DNA of 41,018 nucleotides from positions 1 to 41,018 of the forward strand of contig JABJGX010000023.1 of assembly GCA_018662075.1 (NCBI GenBank), in the 5' to 3' direction. Below the pieces are notes generated by a model, which saw only the letters and a list, made by a program, of their open reading frames with translations, did not search any database and was not told the DNA's origin. Each line of letters begins with the position of its first letter. Position 1 is the first letter of the stretch. A program made the translations under genes and the position numbers. Of this stretch, positions 8,627 to 17,916 are shown piece by piece. Source of the DNA: Candidatus Peregrinibacteria bacterium (GTDB lineage: Bacteria > Patescibacteriota > Gracilibacteria > Peribacterales > Peribacteraceae).

Positions 8627-9868
8627 TTACCCAAACGTCAAAGCCTCAGGAGCGAAGATCATCAGCATTCCAAGTGCGTACATAAGGAGGCCTCCGAAGA
8701 TCAGTGTGAAGCGACGGTACTTCGTCGTCATTCCTGTTGCATGCAGTGTGTAGATCGCGATAGCAAAGATTGCCAGGTCGTCGATCATGTACATCATAAT
8801 AAAGAGTCCAATGTACCCGTACCTGGCAAGGTTTGTGATGTCGTTAAATGCAAGGATCTGCGTAAAGACGGCAGGAAGTCCTGCTGTGCAGACTAGTTCG
8901 ATCATGTTTACAGAGACTGCAAGAATAGAGACCCCAAGGATCAACGCTGGCCATTGTGTGATCTGCATGATGGATTTCATCTTGGCAATTGTCTTCTTCC
9001 TTGCAGAAAGGTTTGTCACCTTGCATTGGTTTGGGTCTTTTCCAAAAGCTTCATATAAATAAAATCCACCACCACCAATGGCGACGATTCCAATAACTTT
9101 TTGGACCCAGAAGTTGTATCCGATCATCAGGAATACATTGAGCCACGCTGCAATAAAGAGGTAATACACCGCTCCACTAATAAAGAGGAATGTTCCGCCA
9201 ATAATCCAGATCTTCTTTTTGTCATGCGTATTAATAAGAAGGGTAAGCAGAGTGATTAAAACCCACATAGCACATGGGTTAAACCCGTCGAGGAACCCAA
9301 GAAGGATACTAAGCGCCGGAAGGCTCATAAGTGTGAGGTCTGTCTTTCCAATGAACCATAGGTTCAACGTATACTTGTCGAGGTCTGCATCACAGTCCTC
9401 GTTGCAAGTTTTACCGGCAGCAGTTACTTCTACTTCTGCATCACTCTTTATGAAATCTTTAAAGTCGAGACATCCGTCTGCAGAGCTCTGGCAGTATTGT
9501 AGGCGTGCGACAACTGCTTCCCCGTGTTCGTCTGTGTCGTACCCTTGGCTAACTGTTCCATTAATAACGATTGTTGGGACTCCTTGGTTCAGTGCAGGAG
9601 CGCGCTGCTGCAAGTCCGAGAAGTATTTTTGCGCATCAATATTGGTTACTTCGTAGTACTGAACTGCAAGCTCATGCTCCTCCGCATATTCTTCAAATGC
9701 TGCACAATGCGGACATCCATCACGTACAAATACGACAATATCTGCCCCTTGTGTCGAGTGGTATTTTTCTTCCGTAGCAGGCATTTCTGCGATTCGGTCT
9801 GGAAAGAGGAATCCGAGTGCTACGACCGGAATAAAAGCCAAAGTCATGAATGTAAGAATGCGTTTCAT
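8627..9868 (-). CDS. Glutaredoxin/thioredoxin-fold domain fused to CcdA/DsbD-like transmembrane domain
   Basis: CPHC and GVPT motifs; TM region with DGFNPCAMW and ELVCTAG cysteines. Start moved to MKRIL (TACCAT 6 nt upstream). Confidence 0.8.
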   Translation of the reverse strand: MKRILTFMTLAFIPVVALGFLFPDRIAEMPATEEKYHSTQGADIVVFVRDGCPHCAAFEEYAEEHELAVQYYEVTNIDAQKYFSDLQQRAPALNQGVPTIVINGTVSQGYDTDEHGEAVVARLQYCQSSADGCLDFKDFIKSDAEVEVTAAGKTCNEDCDADLDKYTLNLWFIGKTDLTLMSLPALSILLGFLDGFNPCAMWVLITLLTLLINTHDKKKIWIIGGTFLFISGAVYYLFIAAWLNVFLMIGYNFWVQKVIGIVAIGGGGFYLYEAFGKDPNQCKVTNLSARKKTIAKMKSIMQITQWPALILGVSILAVSVNMIELVCTAGLPAVFTQILAFNDITNLARYGYIGLFIMMYMIDDLAIFAIAIYTLHATGMTTKYRRFTLIFGGLLMYALGMLMIFAPEALTFG

Positions 9869-9930
9869 ACCCTTATGGTACAGCAAAAATTGCTTGCATA
9901 CAAAAATTGATCGGAGTAGCGTTAATTGCT

Positions 9931-10578
9931 ATGGGAATGGTGACTCATGCAGACGGCTCTGATGTGCAAACTCCTGAATACCTCAGTCGACAGGTACGGT
10001 TAATGGGTAAGAACTCAGAGCAGCTTCTTGCAACAGGCCCAGAGCGAGCAATGCTTAGTGGTCAAGATTGGAAAAATTTGGATGTGGTTTCTCACCTTGG
10101 TCTCGACAATATCGATGCATATAGAGCTATTTGCAAAAATGATATTATCAGTTATCTCATGACTCAATGGATTAGTAAATATTCCTCTATATTTGGTGTC
10201 CTTGCACGAGTTGAAGGTCAACCTGTCGAGCAAGTAGAGGTAGAGGTTGGAGCTTTTCAGTGTCAAATTAATGAAATGATAGGGGAGCTTCGGTATTTAT
10301 GGGGTGTTCATACTGGTCAAAGCCTTGCTCTGCAGGCTGCACTAGAGCAAATACGGTGGAAGGCACCTGAAATAAGAGCACTTGTTAACCAGGGGCAGTC
10401 AGTCACTAATGAACAGTATCTCTGTGCTGATGCTTTATTTCCCCATGTGGTAGATTCAGATGAAGGCTCTACTGATTTACTATTTGATTCTGATCATATC
10501 TCTATATCGACTTTACGTGTTTCTATTAATGATGAATTGGCTGTAGCAATAAAAAAAGAGCTTGCCGGTTACCTCTAA
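9931..10578 (+). CDS. Hypothetical protein
   Basis: ORF of over 200 aa filling the gap; no recognised motif; start uncertain (9907/9931/9937). Confidence 0.55.
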   Translation: MGMVTHADGSDVQTPEYLSRQVRLMGKNSEQLLATGPERAMLSGQDWKNLDVVSHLGLDNIDAYRAICKNDIISYLMTQWISKYSSIFGVLARVEGQPVEQVEVEVGAFQCQINEMIGELRYLWGVHTGQSLALQAALEQIRWKAPEIRALVNQGQSVTNEQYLCADALFPHVVDSDEGSTDLLFDSDHISISTLRVSINDELAVAIKKELAGYL

Positions 10579-10602
10579 AAAGGGTAAAGTCTCTGAAATA
10601 TC

Positions 10603-11667
10603 ATGGCTGCGACCGATTCCACTTTACCGGCCTCCAAAGATCCAAAAGACTTCGTTATAGCAACGATTGGAAGCCATAGTGCGCTGCAGATATTAAAAGG
10701 TGCAAAAGATGAAGGGTTTAAGACTTTGGCTATCTGTAAGAAAGGGACAGAGCGTGTTTATGATGAAAGAGGGTATAACGTTGCAGACGAGATTATTAGT
10801 GTCGATAGCTTTTCTGATTGGAACGAAGAACTAGAGCAGGAGCTGATTAAGCGAAATGCCATTATCATTCCTCACGGGTCGTTTATTGCGTATATGGGAC
10901 ACGATAGAGTGCAGGCAATGAAGTCGATGTACTACGGTACAAAAGAGATCCTCGAATGGGAGAGCGACAGGACAATGGAGAGGCAGTGGATGGAGAAGTC
11001 AGGGCTACAATTACCACGAGTATTTAAGGATCCAGAAGAAATCGACAAGCCAGTAATCGTAAAGTTCCACGGTGCAGGTGGAGGCTTTGGATACTTTGTT
11101 GCAAAATCGCCAGAACAGTTCTGGGAAGTGAAAAACAAGAAGCACCCAGATAATAATGACTACGCAATTCAGGAGTACATTGTAGGAGTGCCGGTTTACG
11201 CACACTTCTTCCAGTCTCCAATCACTGGTGAGATCGAAATCATGAGCTTTGATAAGAGATACGAAAGTAATGCAGATAGCATCGGACGTATTAAGGCAGA
11301 GGACCAGTTGGCAGCAAACATTCATACCAGTTACACCATTGTTGGAAACATTCCGATTGTTGTACGAGAGTCACTTCTTCCAAAATTCTTTGAGATGGGG
11401 GAGAGCGTGGTGAAGGTTAGTAAGGACATAACGAAGAATGGCAAAGGACTCTTTGGACCGTTCTGTTTGGAATGTATTGTGACCCGAAAGCTTGAAATTT
11501 TCTGCTTCGAAATTAGCGCACGAATTGTTGCTGGAACGAATCCTTTTGTTGAAGGTTCACCATACACAGCACTGAAGTATGATGTTCCAATGAGCACAGG
11601 GAGGCGTGTTGCACTCGATATCAAACAAGCGATTGCAGGTGACAGACTTGCAGATATACTTGGATAA
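10603..11667 (+). CDS. purP: PurP-family FAICAR synthetase (formate-dependent, ATP-grasp), paralogue 1
   Basis: IATIGSHSALQILKGAKDEGF, IPHGSFIAY, YESNAD, GNIPIVVRESLL, FEISARIVAGTN, MSTGRR motifs. Confidence 0.92.
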   Translation: MAATDSTLPASKDPKDFVIATIGSHSALQILKGAKDEGFKTLAICKKGTERVYDERGYNVADEIISVDSFSDWNEELEQELIKRNAIIIPHGSFIAYMGHDRVQAMKSMYYGTKEILEWESDRTMERQWMEKSGLQLPRVFKDPEEIDKPVIVKFHGAGGGFGYFVAKSPEQFWEVKNKKHPDNNDYAIQEYIVGVPVYAHFFQSPITGEIEIMSFDKRYESNADSIGRIKAEDQLAANIHTSYTIVGNIPIVVRESLLPKFFEMGESVVKVSKDITKNGKGLFGPFCLECIVTRKLEIFCFEISARIVAGTNPFVEGSPYTALKYDVPMSTGRRVALDIKQAIAGDRLADILG

Positions 11668-11673
11668 ACTTTT

Positions 11674-12825
11674 ATGGATATTTCTTCTATTCTCAACGGC
11701 TACGATACATCCGATATTACTGTTGGAGTTCTTGGTGGTCACAGTGCTCTGGATGTTTCACACGGTGCGAAGCAGTTTGGCTTTAACACTGTATGCATTG
11801 CACGAGAGGGAAGAGAGAAGACATTTGAAAAGTACTACAAAACTAGAGGAGAAAGAGGGTGTATCGATACGGTCATTGTAAAAGAAGGATTTGATGGTGT
11901 ACTTGATGCAGACGTCCAAGGTAAGCTAAGAAAAATGAATACAATTTTTGTACACAACAGATACTTCTGGGTCTACTTTGATGATTTTTCTCAGGTAGAA
12001 AAGAACTTTGAAGTTCCAATCTTTGGATCGCGAACATTGCTGAAGATCGAAGAGCGCGACCAGCCATATAATCAGTATCACTTACTGCAGGATGCTGGAA
12101 TTAGAACGCCGAAGATATATAATGGGGTAGGGGGTAAGGGGTTGGGGGTAGGGATTGACCGTCCGGTGATTGTGAAAGCTGCTGAGGCAGAACGTGGATA
12201 TGAACGAGCATTCTTTGTTGTTACTTCTGATGAAGAATACGAGAGGATTGGATCTCAGATGGAGGCCGAAGGAAAAATTGCATCAAATTGGCGAGAGGCT
12301 ACTGTCGAGGAATTTGTGGTAGGTGCACCTATAAACTTTAATTACTTTTATAGCCCACTCACAGGAGAGCTAGAGCTCATGGGAACAGATACACGCAGAC
12401 AGACTAACCTTGATGGTTTTTTACGGATGACCGCTCCTCAGCAAATTCAAGCGCTGCAATCAGTCCCTCTCAAGATGATAGAAACAGGGCACATTGCATG
12501 CACTGTCAAAGAATCAATTTTAGAAAAAGCATTTGATATGGGCGAGAAGTTTGTTGCTCAGTGCAAGAAGCTACCAAAAGACTTAGACCCAAGTGGTAAA
12601 GGAATGATCGGACCGTTTGCACTTCAAGGTGCGGTTGTTGCGGAAGAGGGAAGAGAGGACATTGTTATCTTCGATGTGTCATTCCGAATTCCTGGAAGTC
12701 CTGGTAGCCGTGCTACTCCATATTCTGGATACCTTCATGGAGAGTCTATGAGTGTTGGTGAGCGTATTGGCCTCGAGATTAAAAGTGCAGTAGAACAGGG
12801 AAGACTAGAGGAGATTGTTACGTAA
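11674..12825 (+). CDS. PurP-like ATP-grasp protein (DUF1297 family), paralogue 2
   Basis: GGHSALDV, TRRQTNLDG, GHIACTVKESILE, GPFALQG, RIPGSPG, MSVGERI motifs. Confidence 0.88.
   Translation: MDISSILNGYDTSDITVGVLGGHSALDVSHGAKQFGFNTVCIAREGREKTFEKYYKTRGERGCIDTVIVKEGFDGVLDADVQGKLRKMNTIFVHNRYFWVYFDDFSQVEKNFEVPIFGSRTLLKIEERDQPYNQYHLLQDAGIRTPKIYNGVGGKGLGVGIDRPVIVKAAEAERGYERAFFVVTSDEEYERIGSQMEAEGKIASNWREATVEEFVVGAPINFNYFYSPLTGELELMGTDTRRQTNLDGFLRMTAPQQIQALQSVPLKMIETGHIACTVKESILEKAFDMGEKFVAQCKKLPKDLDPSGKGMIGPFALQGAVVAEEGREDIVIFDVSFRIPGSPGSRATPYSGYLHGESMSVGERIGLEIKSAVEQGRLEEIVT
12124..12153 (+). repeat. 4x 7-bp G-rich tandem repeat inside the purP-like gene
   Basis: GGGGTAG GGGGTAA GGGGTTG GGGGTAG GG, encoding GVGGKGLGVG. 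Confidence 0.85.
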
Positions 12826-12879
12826 AAAACTACACCTTTTCACCTTTGCAAACAGGCATTTTTGCTTATACTGTCCTTC

Positions 12880-12940
12880 GTCTAACAATATGTGGGGCTG
12901 TAGCTCAGCTGGGTCGAGTATGCCAACAGGCATACGAGCC
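12880..12940 (+). pseudogene. Partial, degenerate duplicate of the tRNA-Ala 5' region
   Basis: 33-bp exact direct repeat 12880-12912 = 12985-13017, then diverged D-arm and a TGCC-AACA-GGCA hairpin; no T-arm or CCA acceptor end. Confidence 0.7.
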
Positions 12941-12998
12941 ATATAATGAAGCTTTGCTCTAACCCACCGATCAATTACATCATTGTCTAACAATATGT

Positions 12999-13075
12999 GG
13001 GGCTGTAGCTCAGCTGGTTAGAGCACCTGCTTTGCAAGCAGGGGGTCAGGAGTTCGAATCTCCTCAGCTCCACCA
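12999..13075 (+). tRNA. tRNA-Ala(TGC)
   Basis: GGGGCTG/CAGCTCC acceptor stem with G3:U70, anticodon arm CCTGC-TT-TGC-AA-GCAGG, encoded CCA. Confidence 0.97.
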
Positions 13076-13112
13076 AACTAATCTCATCTCGGTGAGATTT
13101 TATTATTATGTA

Positions 13113-13352
13113 TTAGCTACCGAGCGCTCCTCCAAATATCCAGAAGAGAGGGGCAAAGAAAATCTGTTCAGTTCCAGTCATTGTGGCAATGGACCAAAAG
13201 AATATTGCTACACCGAGTAGGATCAGGAAATTGTATATGCCGCCAATGTGGCGCATCCAGTATGCTTCTCCTACTGAGTCTCCGATGCGCTCACGGTATT
13301 TAATAATAAATACACCGATCAGCATCCCAAAGATTCCAAAAACAATACTCAT
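13113..13352 (-). CDS. Small membrane protein
   Basis: 79 aa, 2-3 hydrophobic segments; TG-c-TATACT 6 nt upstream of ATG. Confidence 0.75.
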   Translation of the reverse strand: MSIVFGIFGMLIGVFIIKYRERIGDSVGEAYWMRHIGGIYNFLILLGVAIFFWSIATMTGTEQIFFAPLFWIFGGALGS

Positions 13353-13395
13353 GGTGCGAGTATAGCACTATGAGTATTGATGATACGAGGTGAAA

Positions 13396-13716
13396 TTAGC
13401 TCGTGACATTATCGAGCTCTTTGGCCATGTCTTCTTTAGATTTTGCTCCAACAAACGTTGCAACAGGCTCTCCGCCTTTAAAGATAATAAATGTTGGGAT
13501 ACTCATAACGGAGTACTTACCAGGAGCTTCTGCGTTTTCATCAACGTTCATCTTTACGACTTTGACCTTGCCTTCGTATTCGGTAGCAAGTTCGTCGACT
13601 ATTGGAATCATTGACTTACATGGGCCACACCATGGTGCCCAGAAATCTACAAGAACAGGAACATCTGACTTGAGTACTTCGCTATCGAAGTCGCCGTCGG
13701 TAACAGTATTAGACAT
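13396..13716 (-). CDS. trxA: Thioredoxin
   Basis: VDFWAPWCGPCK, SIPT. Confidence 0.97.
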   Translation of the reverse strand: MSNTVTDGDFDSEVLKSDVPVLVDFWAPWCGPCKSMIPIVDELATEYEGKVKVVKMNVDENAEAPGKYSVMSIPTFIIFKGGEPVATFVGAKSKEDMAKELDNVTS

Positions 13717-13799
13717 AAGATATAGTGGGGTAATTCGTATATGATTATACGGTTATGAAAATTGAGTGCAATTCGGAATCCTAAAATACGTGATAATGA

Positions 13800-15074
13800 T
13801 TACTCTTCGTTCAGGATTTTCTTTGTAATATTTTTTCCAATTTCAACTGCAGGTTGTCCATATGGGTCTATACGATAGAGTTTTCCAAGGAGGACTACTT
13901 CTACGAGGAAGAGGAAGAATAGTTGGCCTAAGTGGTATTCATCTATTTTTTCTAGGCCAATTGTGACGTGCGGCCTCTTCGCTGATGTCAGTGCATCACT
14001 TGTGCCTTTGTAGCATGCATCAAGGAGGTCACCGAACTCTTTGCCTGCAATGTACTTGAAGCTTTCTTCTACCTCATTTGGGACTTTAAATGGTGTCTTT
14101 TCAATCTCTCTAATAAAGATATGCCATTGCTGCCTCGGCCCTGCCATCCATTGTTGAAGAAGGGAGTGCTGGTCCTGTGTACCAATTGCTGCAAGGGGGA
14201 TTGGGTTACTGGTTTCTACTTTTCCAAGGCTCTCTGCAATAAGCTGCTGGTTCCAGCGTGCAAAAGACTCGAGTCTTTGGCTATAAGGCATGATGACACG
14301 GACATTGCAGTCCCTTTTGGTGTCGAGTAGGAACTGTACAGAAGCGAGCATTGCCGCTGGGTTTTCATCTGGTGTGACGTTTTGACAGATGGTGTCCATC
14401 TCTTTTGCGCCTCGTACAAACTCATCGACATCTGCACCAAGAAGGGCAACAGGTAATAGTCCTACTGGTGTGAAGATAGAGTACCTCCCTCCTACATTGT
14501 CTGGAATAGGAAGCGTTCGAATTCCGTTTTCGAGACAGAATGTTTTAAGAGTTCCTTTCTTTGGGTCAGTAATGGCAACGGTGTAGTTACCTGCTTCTTT
14601 CCCGCGTGCTTCTTGCATTCTCTTCCAGCAGTGGAAGAAAACACTCATAGGCTCTAACGTTCCACCAGACTTACTAACGACGACCAGAAGAGTATTTTTC
14701 CAGTCGAGGATACTGTCGTACATATCGAGCATGTATGGGTCGATGGTATCGAGGAGAATAAACTCTGGTGTGTTTGGTGTCTCGAATACTTCTCGCAGTA
14801 CCTTAGGACCTAGTCCCGATCCGCCAATACCAATCCAGACAACAGTTGAAATCTTCTGTGCACTTGCAAACGTTGCCACCTCTTTTACTTTTGTAATTAC
14901 CTCTTCATTTTTTGGATCATCTGCCCATGCATGCTCACCAGCTTCCCTTTCAGAGTTGTAGTTTTCTGTATAGCGCCTCAGGCTTGTAAGCAAAGCGGAA
15001 AACTCCTGTTCTGGAATTCCTTTATTCGGTGTAATAACTTTTCCCATTGATGCGGAGATGTCGAGCTGAAGCAT
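13800..15074 (-). CDS. pgi: Glucose-6-phosphate isomerase
   Basis: IGIGGSGLG, SKSGGTLE, VGGRYS, QLIAESLGK, DQHS, QPAVEIGK. Confidence 0.93.
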   Translation of the reverse strand: MLQLDISASMGKVITPNKGIPEQEFSALLTSLRRYTENYNSEREAGEHAWADDPKNEEVITKVKEVATFASAQKISTVVWIGIGGSGLGPKVLREVFETPNTPEFILLDTIDPYMLDMYDSILDWKNTLLVVVSKSGGTLEPMSVFFHCWKRMQEARGKEAGNYTVAITDPKKGTLKTFCLENGIRTLPIPDNVGGRYSIFTPVGLLPVALLGADVDEFVRGAKEMDTICQNVTPDENPAAMLASVQFLLDTKRDCNVRVIMPYSQRLESFARWNQQLIAESLGKVETSNPIPLAAIGTQDQHSLLQQWMAGPRQQWHIFIREIEKTPFKVPNEVEESFKYIAGKEFGDLLDACYKGTSDALTSAKRPHVTIGLEKIDEYHLGQLFFLFLVEVVLLGKLYRIDPYGQPAVEIGKNITKKILNEE

Positions 15075-15086
15075 GGAGAGAAGGGG

Positions 15087-15668
15087 TTAGAGGGAGCGAA
15101 GTGCAGCGGTTATACGTTCTTCGGTTGTTGTAAGGTCTTCGGATAAGTCTTTTAAGACATTCATAATAGTCCCGGTATCATACCCAAGAGTCTTCAGAGC
15201 TTCTACTGCATCATTGTCGAATGTAGAGTTTTTTGTAGCAGAACTTACACTTGTGCCAAATATTTCTGGCTGAGACTCTGCAAGAGACTTCAGATCGAGC
15301 AAAAGTTTTTCAGCAGTCTTTTTCCCGATTCCTTTTACTGTTGTCAGAAGTTTTGGTTCTTGGGACCCGACAGCTTGCATGAGTAAGCTTTTTGGAACTG
15401 CAGAGAGCTCGAGTGCAAGTTTGGGGCCGATGCCATTCATTCCGATAAATCTTTCAAATAAGACACGTTCGCTGTCTTCGAGGAATCCGAAAAGGTCTAA
15501 GCGGTCCTCGCGAATATGTGTATAGATGAATACTAAGGCTTCAGAGCCTTCTTTGAGCTCATCCCATACGTTTATTGGAACATAGACTCTGTATCCAACT
15601 CCATTGACGTCTATGGTCACCTCCTCGGGGTTTAGCCTATGAATAGTACCTTTTAGATGAGCAATCAT
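15087..15668 (-). CDS. ruvA: Holliday junction branch migration protein RuvA
   Basis: MIAHLKG...VNGVGY, HIRED, GIGPKLAL, GIGKKTAEKL. True start at 15668, shorter than the ORF-track call. Confidence 0.95.
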   Translation of the reverse strand: MIAHLKGTIHRLNPEEVTIDVNGVGYRVYVPINVWDELKEGSEALVFIYTHIREDRLDLFGFLEDSERVLFERFIGMNGIGPKLALELSAVPKSLLMQAVGSQEPKLLTTVKGIGKKTAEKLLLDLKSLAESQPEIFGTSVSSATKNSTFDNDAVEALKTLGYDTGTIMNVLKDLSEDLTTTEERITAALRSL

Positions 15669-15708
15669 GAGTATGAAGTGTAGCAAATTTCTGGTATAAT
15701 GAATAGAA

Positions 15709-16848
15709 ATGAATTTTCGAAATACACTACTCATTCTTGCGGCATTTATTATCCTTTCTGTTGCTGCCAGTGTGCAGATAACGGCAAGTGTTCTTGAGCG
15801 AGGGTACGTTGCATCGGAAAAAGAGAATGCAACAGAATCTATCCTTTCGCAGAAAAAGCAATCACTCAAGCTTCTTGATGAGCTGCGAGCGGCATCTGGA
15901 CATGAGCGACTTGTTGGTACTCGGCTGCATGAAGTAGAGCGAAAGCGTCGCATGTTGCAACGTCAGATTGATCAGTTGAAGGAAGAGGAGGTATTGCATG
16001 GAGCAGCACCAGAGAGGGAACTTGACGTATCGACATTAGTATCGGACCTTAGCTCACGTCGGTTTAGTGATAGGCTTGCTGATCATCAGGCTAGTCGGTT
16101 TCTGAGACGCATGGCCCAACGTGCAGGACTTCAATTCACCGGTGGTAGCAGTGTGTTTACTGCCGAGAAGCTGCTTGCATTACGAGCGCGAGATACAGCG
16201 CTTGAAAAGAAACAGGGTCTACTGGCTGTTGATCTGAAAAGAAATGAAAAGCGTGTTCGTGCAAATACCTATCAGCTAACGGCTGCACGCCAGATGCTGA
16301 GGCAGACACAAGAGGTGATGTTTGCTTTGCAGAATCATTTAGTACGCATTGACGCACAGATTGCTCGTCGCCAAGAGAGGCAACGTATTGCAAGAGGGGA
16401 TTTAGATCCACAGTTTAATAAATATGAAGAAGAAAAAGGATACGTTGATGCGTTTATCTGGCCAGCGAAAGCACGCATAACTGCTGGATTTTTGGAAGCC
16501 AGCTACCTTGCATTCTTTGGTATTCCTCATAAGGCAATTGATATTGCAGTGCCACACGGTACTCCTGTAAAAGTTGCAGCTGACGGTATTGTGTACCTTG
16601 CACTAGACTCAGGTATGGGGTATTCGTATGTGCTCGTTGGTCATCGTAATGGGTACGCAACCTTGTATGGTCATCTTTCAAGTATTGATGTCATTGTTGG
16701 TGAGCCTCTTGACGCTGGTCAGATTATTGGATTAAGTGGGGCAACTCCTGGTACACCTGGGGCTGGATCTGTTACTACTGGTGCACATCTTCATTTTGAA
16801 ATGACCAAAGATGGAAAACATATTGACCCGCTTACTATGCTCGAATAA
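15709..16848 (+). CDS. M23-family peptidase (peptidoglycan hydrolase/activator) with coiled coil
   Basis: N-terminal signal/TM; HKAIDIA, YGHL, GAHLHFE motifs. Confidence 0.9.
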   Translation: MNFRNTLLILAAFIILSVAASVQITASVLERGYVASEKENATESILSQKKQSLKLLDELRAASGHERLVGTRLHEVERKRRMLQRQIDQLKEEEVLHGAAPERELDVSTLVSDLSSRRFSDRLADHQASRFLRRMAQRAGLQFTGGSSVFTAEKLLALRARDTALEKKQGLLAVDLKRNEKRVRANTYQLTAARQMLRQTQEVMFALQNHLVRIDAQIARRQERQRIARGDLDPQFNKYEEEKGYVDAFIWPAKARITAGFLEASYLAFFGIPHKAIDIAVPHGTPVKVAADGIVYLALDSGMGYSYVLVGHRNGYATLYGHLSSIDVIVGEPLDAGQIIGLSGATPGTPGAGSVTTGAHLHFEMTKDGKHIDPLTMLE

Positions 16849-16850
16849 TT

Positions 16851-17159
16851 ATGACTGACCGAATGACACCAGAGGATGAGATCCGCGCTGCACTTGAACA
16901 GAAAAGTGAAGCACAGATTGGAGAGCTTAAAAGACTCGTTGATGTTGGAAGAGATGAGTATCATACCTTCCTGAGTCGTATTGGTTTGGGATGGCTTATG
17001 CATACCAGCAGAAGTTCTTTAAAAAGAGCTATGAACGAGATGGCAGACATCGAAATAGATTCCCGTCGAGGGGGTCCAAATATGGCTATTTATCCAGACT
17101 CAGACCGAAGTATGGTAGACCATTACAGACTCAAGCAGTCTCGGGATCAGTCGGCTTAA
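16851..17159 (+). CDS. Hypothetical protein
   Basis: 102-aa ORF starting 2 nt after the M23 stop; no motif. Confidence 0.55.
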   Translation: MTDRMTPEDEIRAALEQKSEAQIGELKRLVDVGRDEYHTFLSRIGLGWLMHTSRSSLKRAMNEMADIEIDSRRGGPNMAIYPDSDRSMVDHYRLKQSRDQSA

Positions 17160-17830
17160 CGCTGTGCACCAATGATAACGACGAATTCTCCTTTTTTTGT
17201 AATACTTGCTGCAGTGTTTTTTAGTTCTGCAACAGTGGTATGTGTGAGTTCTTCATACATTTTTGTAAGCTCTCGTGCGACGACGACGATTCGGTCTGGT
17301 TGCTCTGTTAGTGCATCTGCAATTTCACAGAGAGTTTTTTCTATTCTGTGGACAGACTCATACAGAACGATGGTTCGTTTCTCCTCCGCAAAAGATCTGA
17401 AGAGTGTTTGTCGCCCCTTCTTTAGAGGGGGAAACCCCATGTAGACAAATTGATTAATAGGGAGGCCAGAAACAGACAATGCTGTGAGGAATGCGGATGG
17501 ACCGGGGATAGCCTCTATTGTTAGTTCTTCTTTTCGGGCTCTGGAAACAAGTGCGTATCCAGGATCAGAGATACCAGGAGTACCAGCGTCTGATACCATT
17601 ACCAAATGCTCTCCTCCTTTGAGGCGCTCTATAATACCGTCTACTTTCTCTGGTTTGGTGTATCCGTGGCAAGAGATGAACTCTTTCTTTGGGATATCTA
17701 AGTGCTTTAAAAGCTGTCCTGTTACACGGGTATCTTCACACACAATGGCATCGCAGGCCTTGAAAGTCTCAATGGCCCTTAGGGTGATATCCCCAAGGTT
17801 TCCGATGGGTGTGGCAATTATCGATAACAT
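17156..17830 (-). CDS. rsmI: 16S rRNA (cytidine-1402-2'-O)-methyltransferase
   Basis: ATPIGNLGDITLRA, CEDTRVT, VSDAGTPGISDPG, RELTKMYEE. Confidence 0.96.
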   Translation of the reverse strand: MLSIIATPIGNLGDITLRAIETFKACDAIVCEDTRVTGQLLKHLDIPKKEFISCHGYTKPEKVDGIIERLKGGEHLVMVSDAGTPGISDPGYALVSRARKEELTIEAIPGPSAFLTALSVSGLPINQFVYMGFPPLKKGRQTLFRSFAEEKRTIVLYESVHRIEKTLCEIADALTEQPDRIVVVARELTKMYEELTHTTVAELKNTAASITKKGEFVVIIGAQR

Positions 17831-17916
17831 TGCTTCTATCTTAGCAAATTCTTTGCCTTTTGCCCCTTCCTTCTGGCGGATTTTTCGGTATGATCTTCTC
17901 GTCCTATGGGATTTAT

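Noticed and set aside
15669..15953. Long N-terminal extensions in the ORF track (ruvA; similarly dcd 34612, gyrA 17860, trhO 25624, 38413, 37005)
   Set aside because: They overlap neighbouring genes, promoters or terminators; family N-termini and -10 positions indicate the downstream ATGs.
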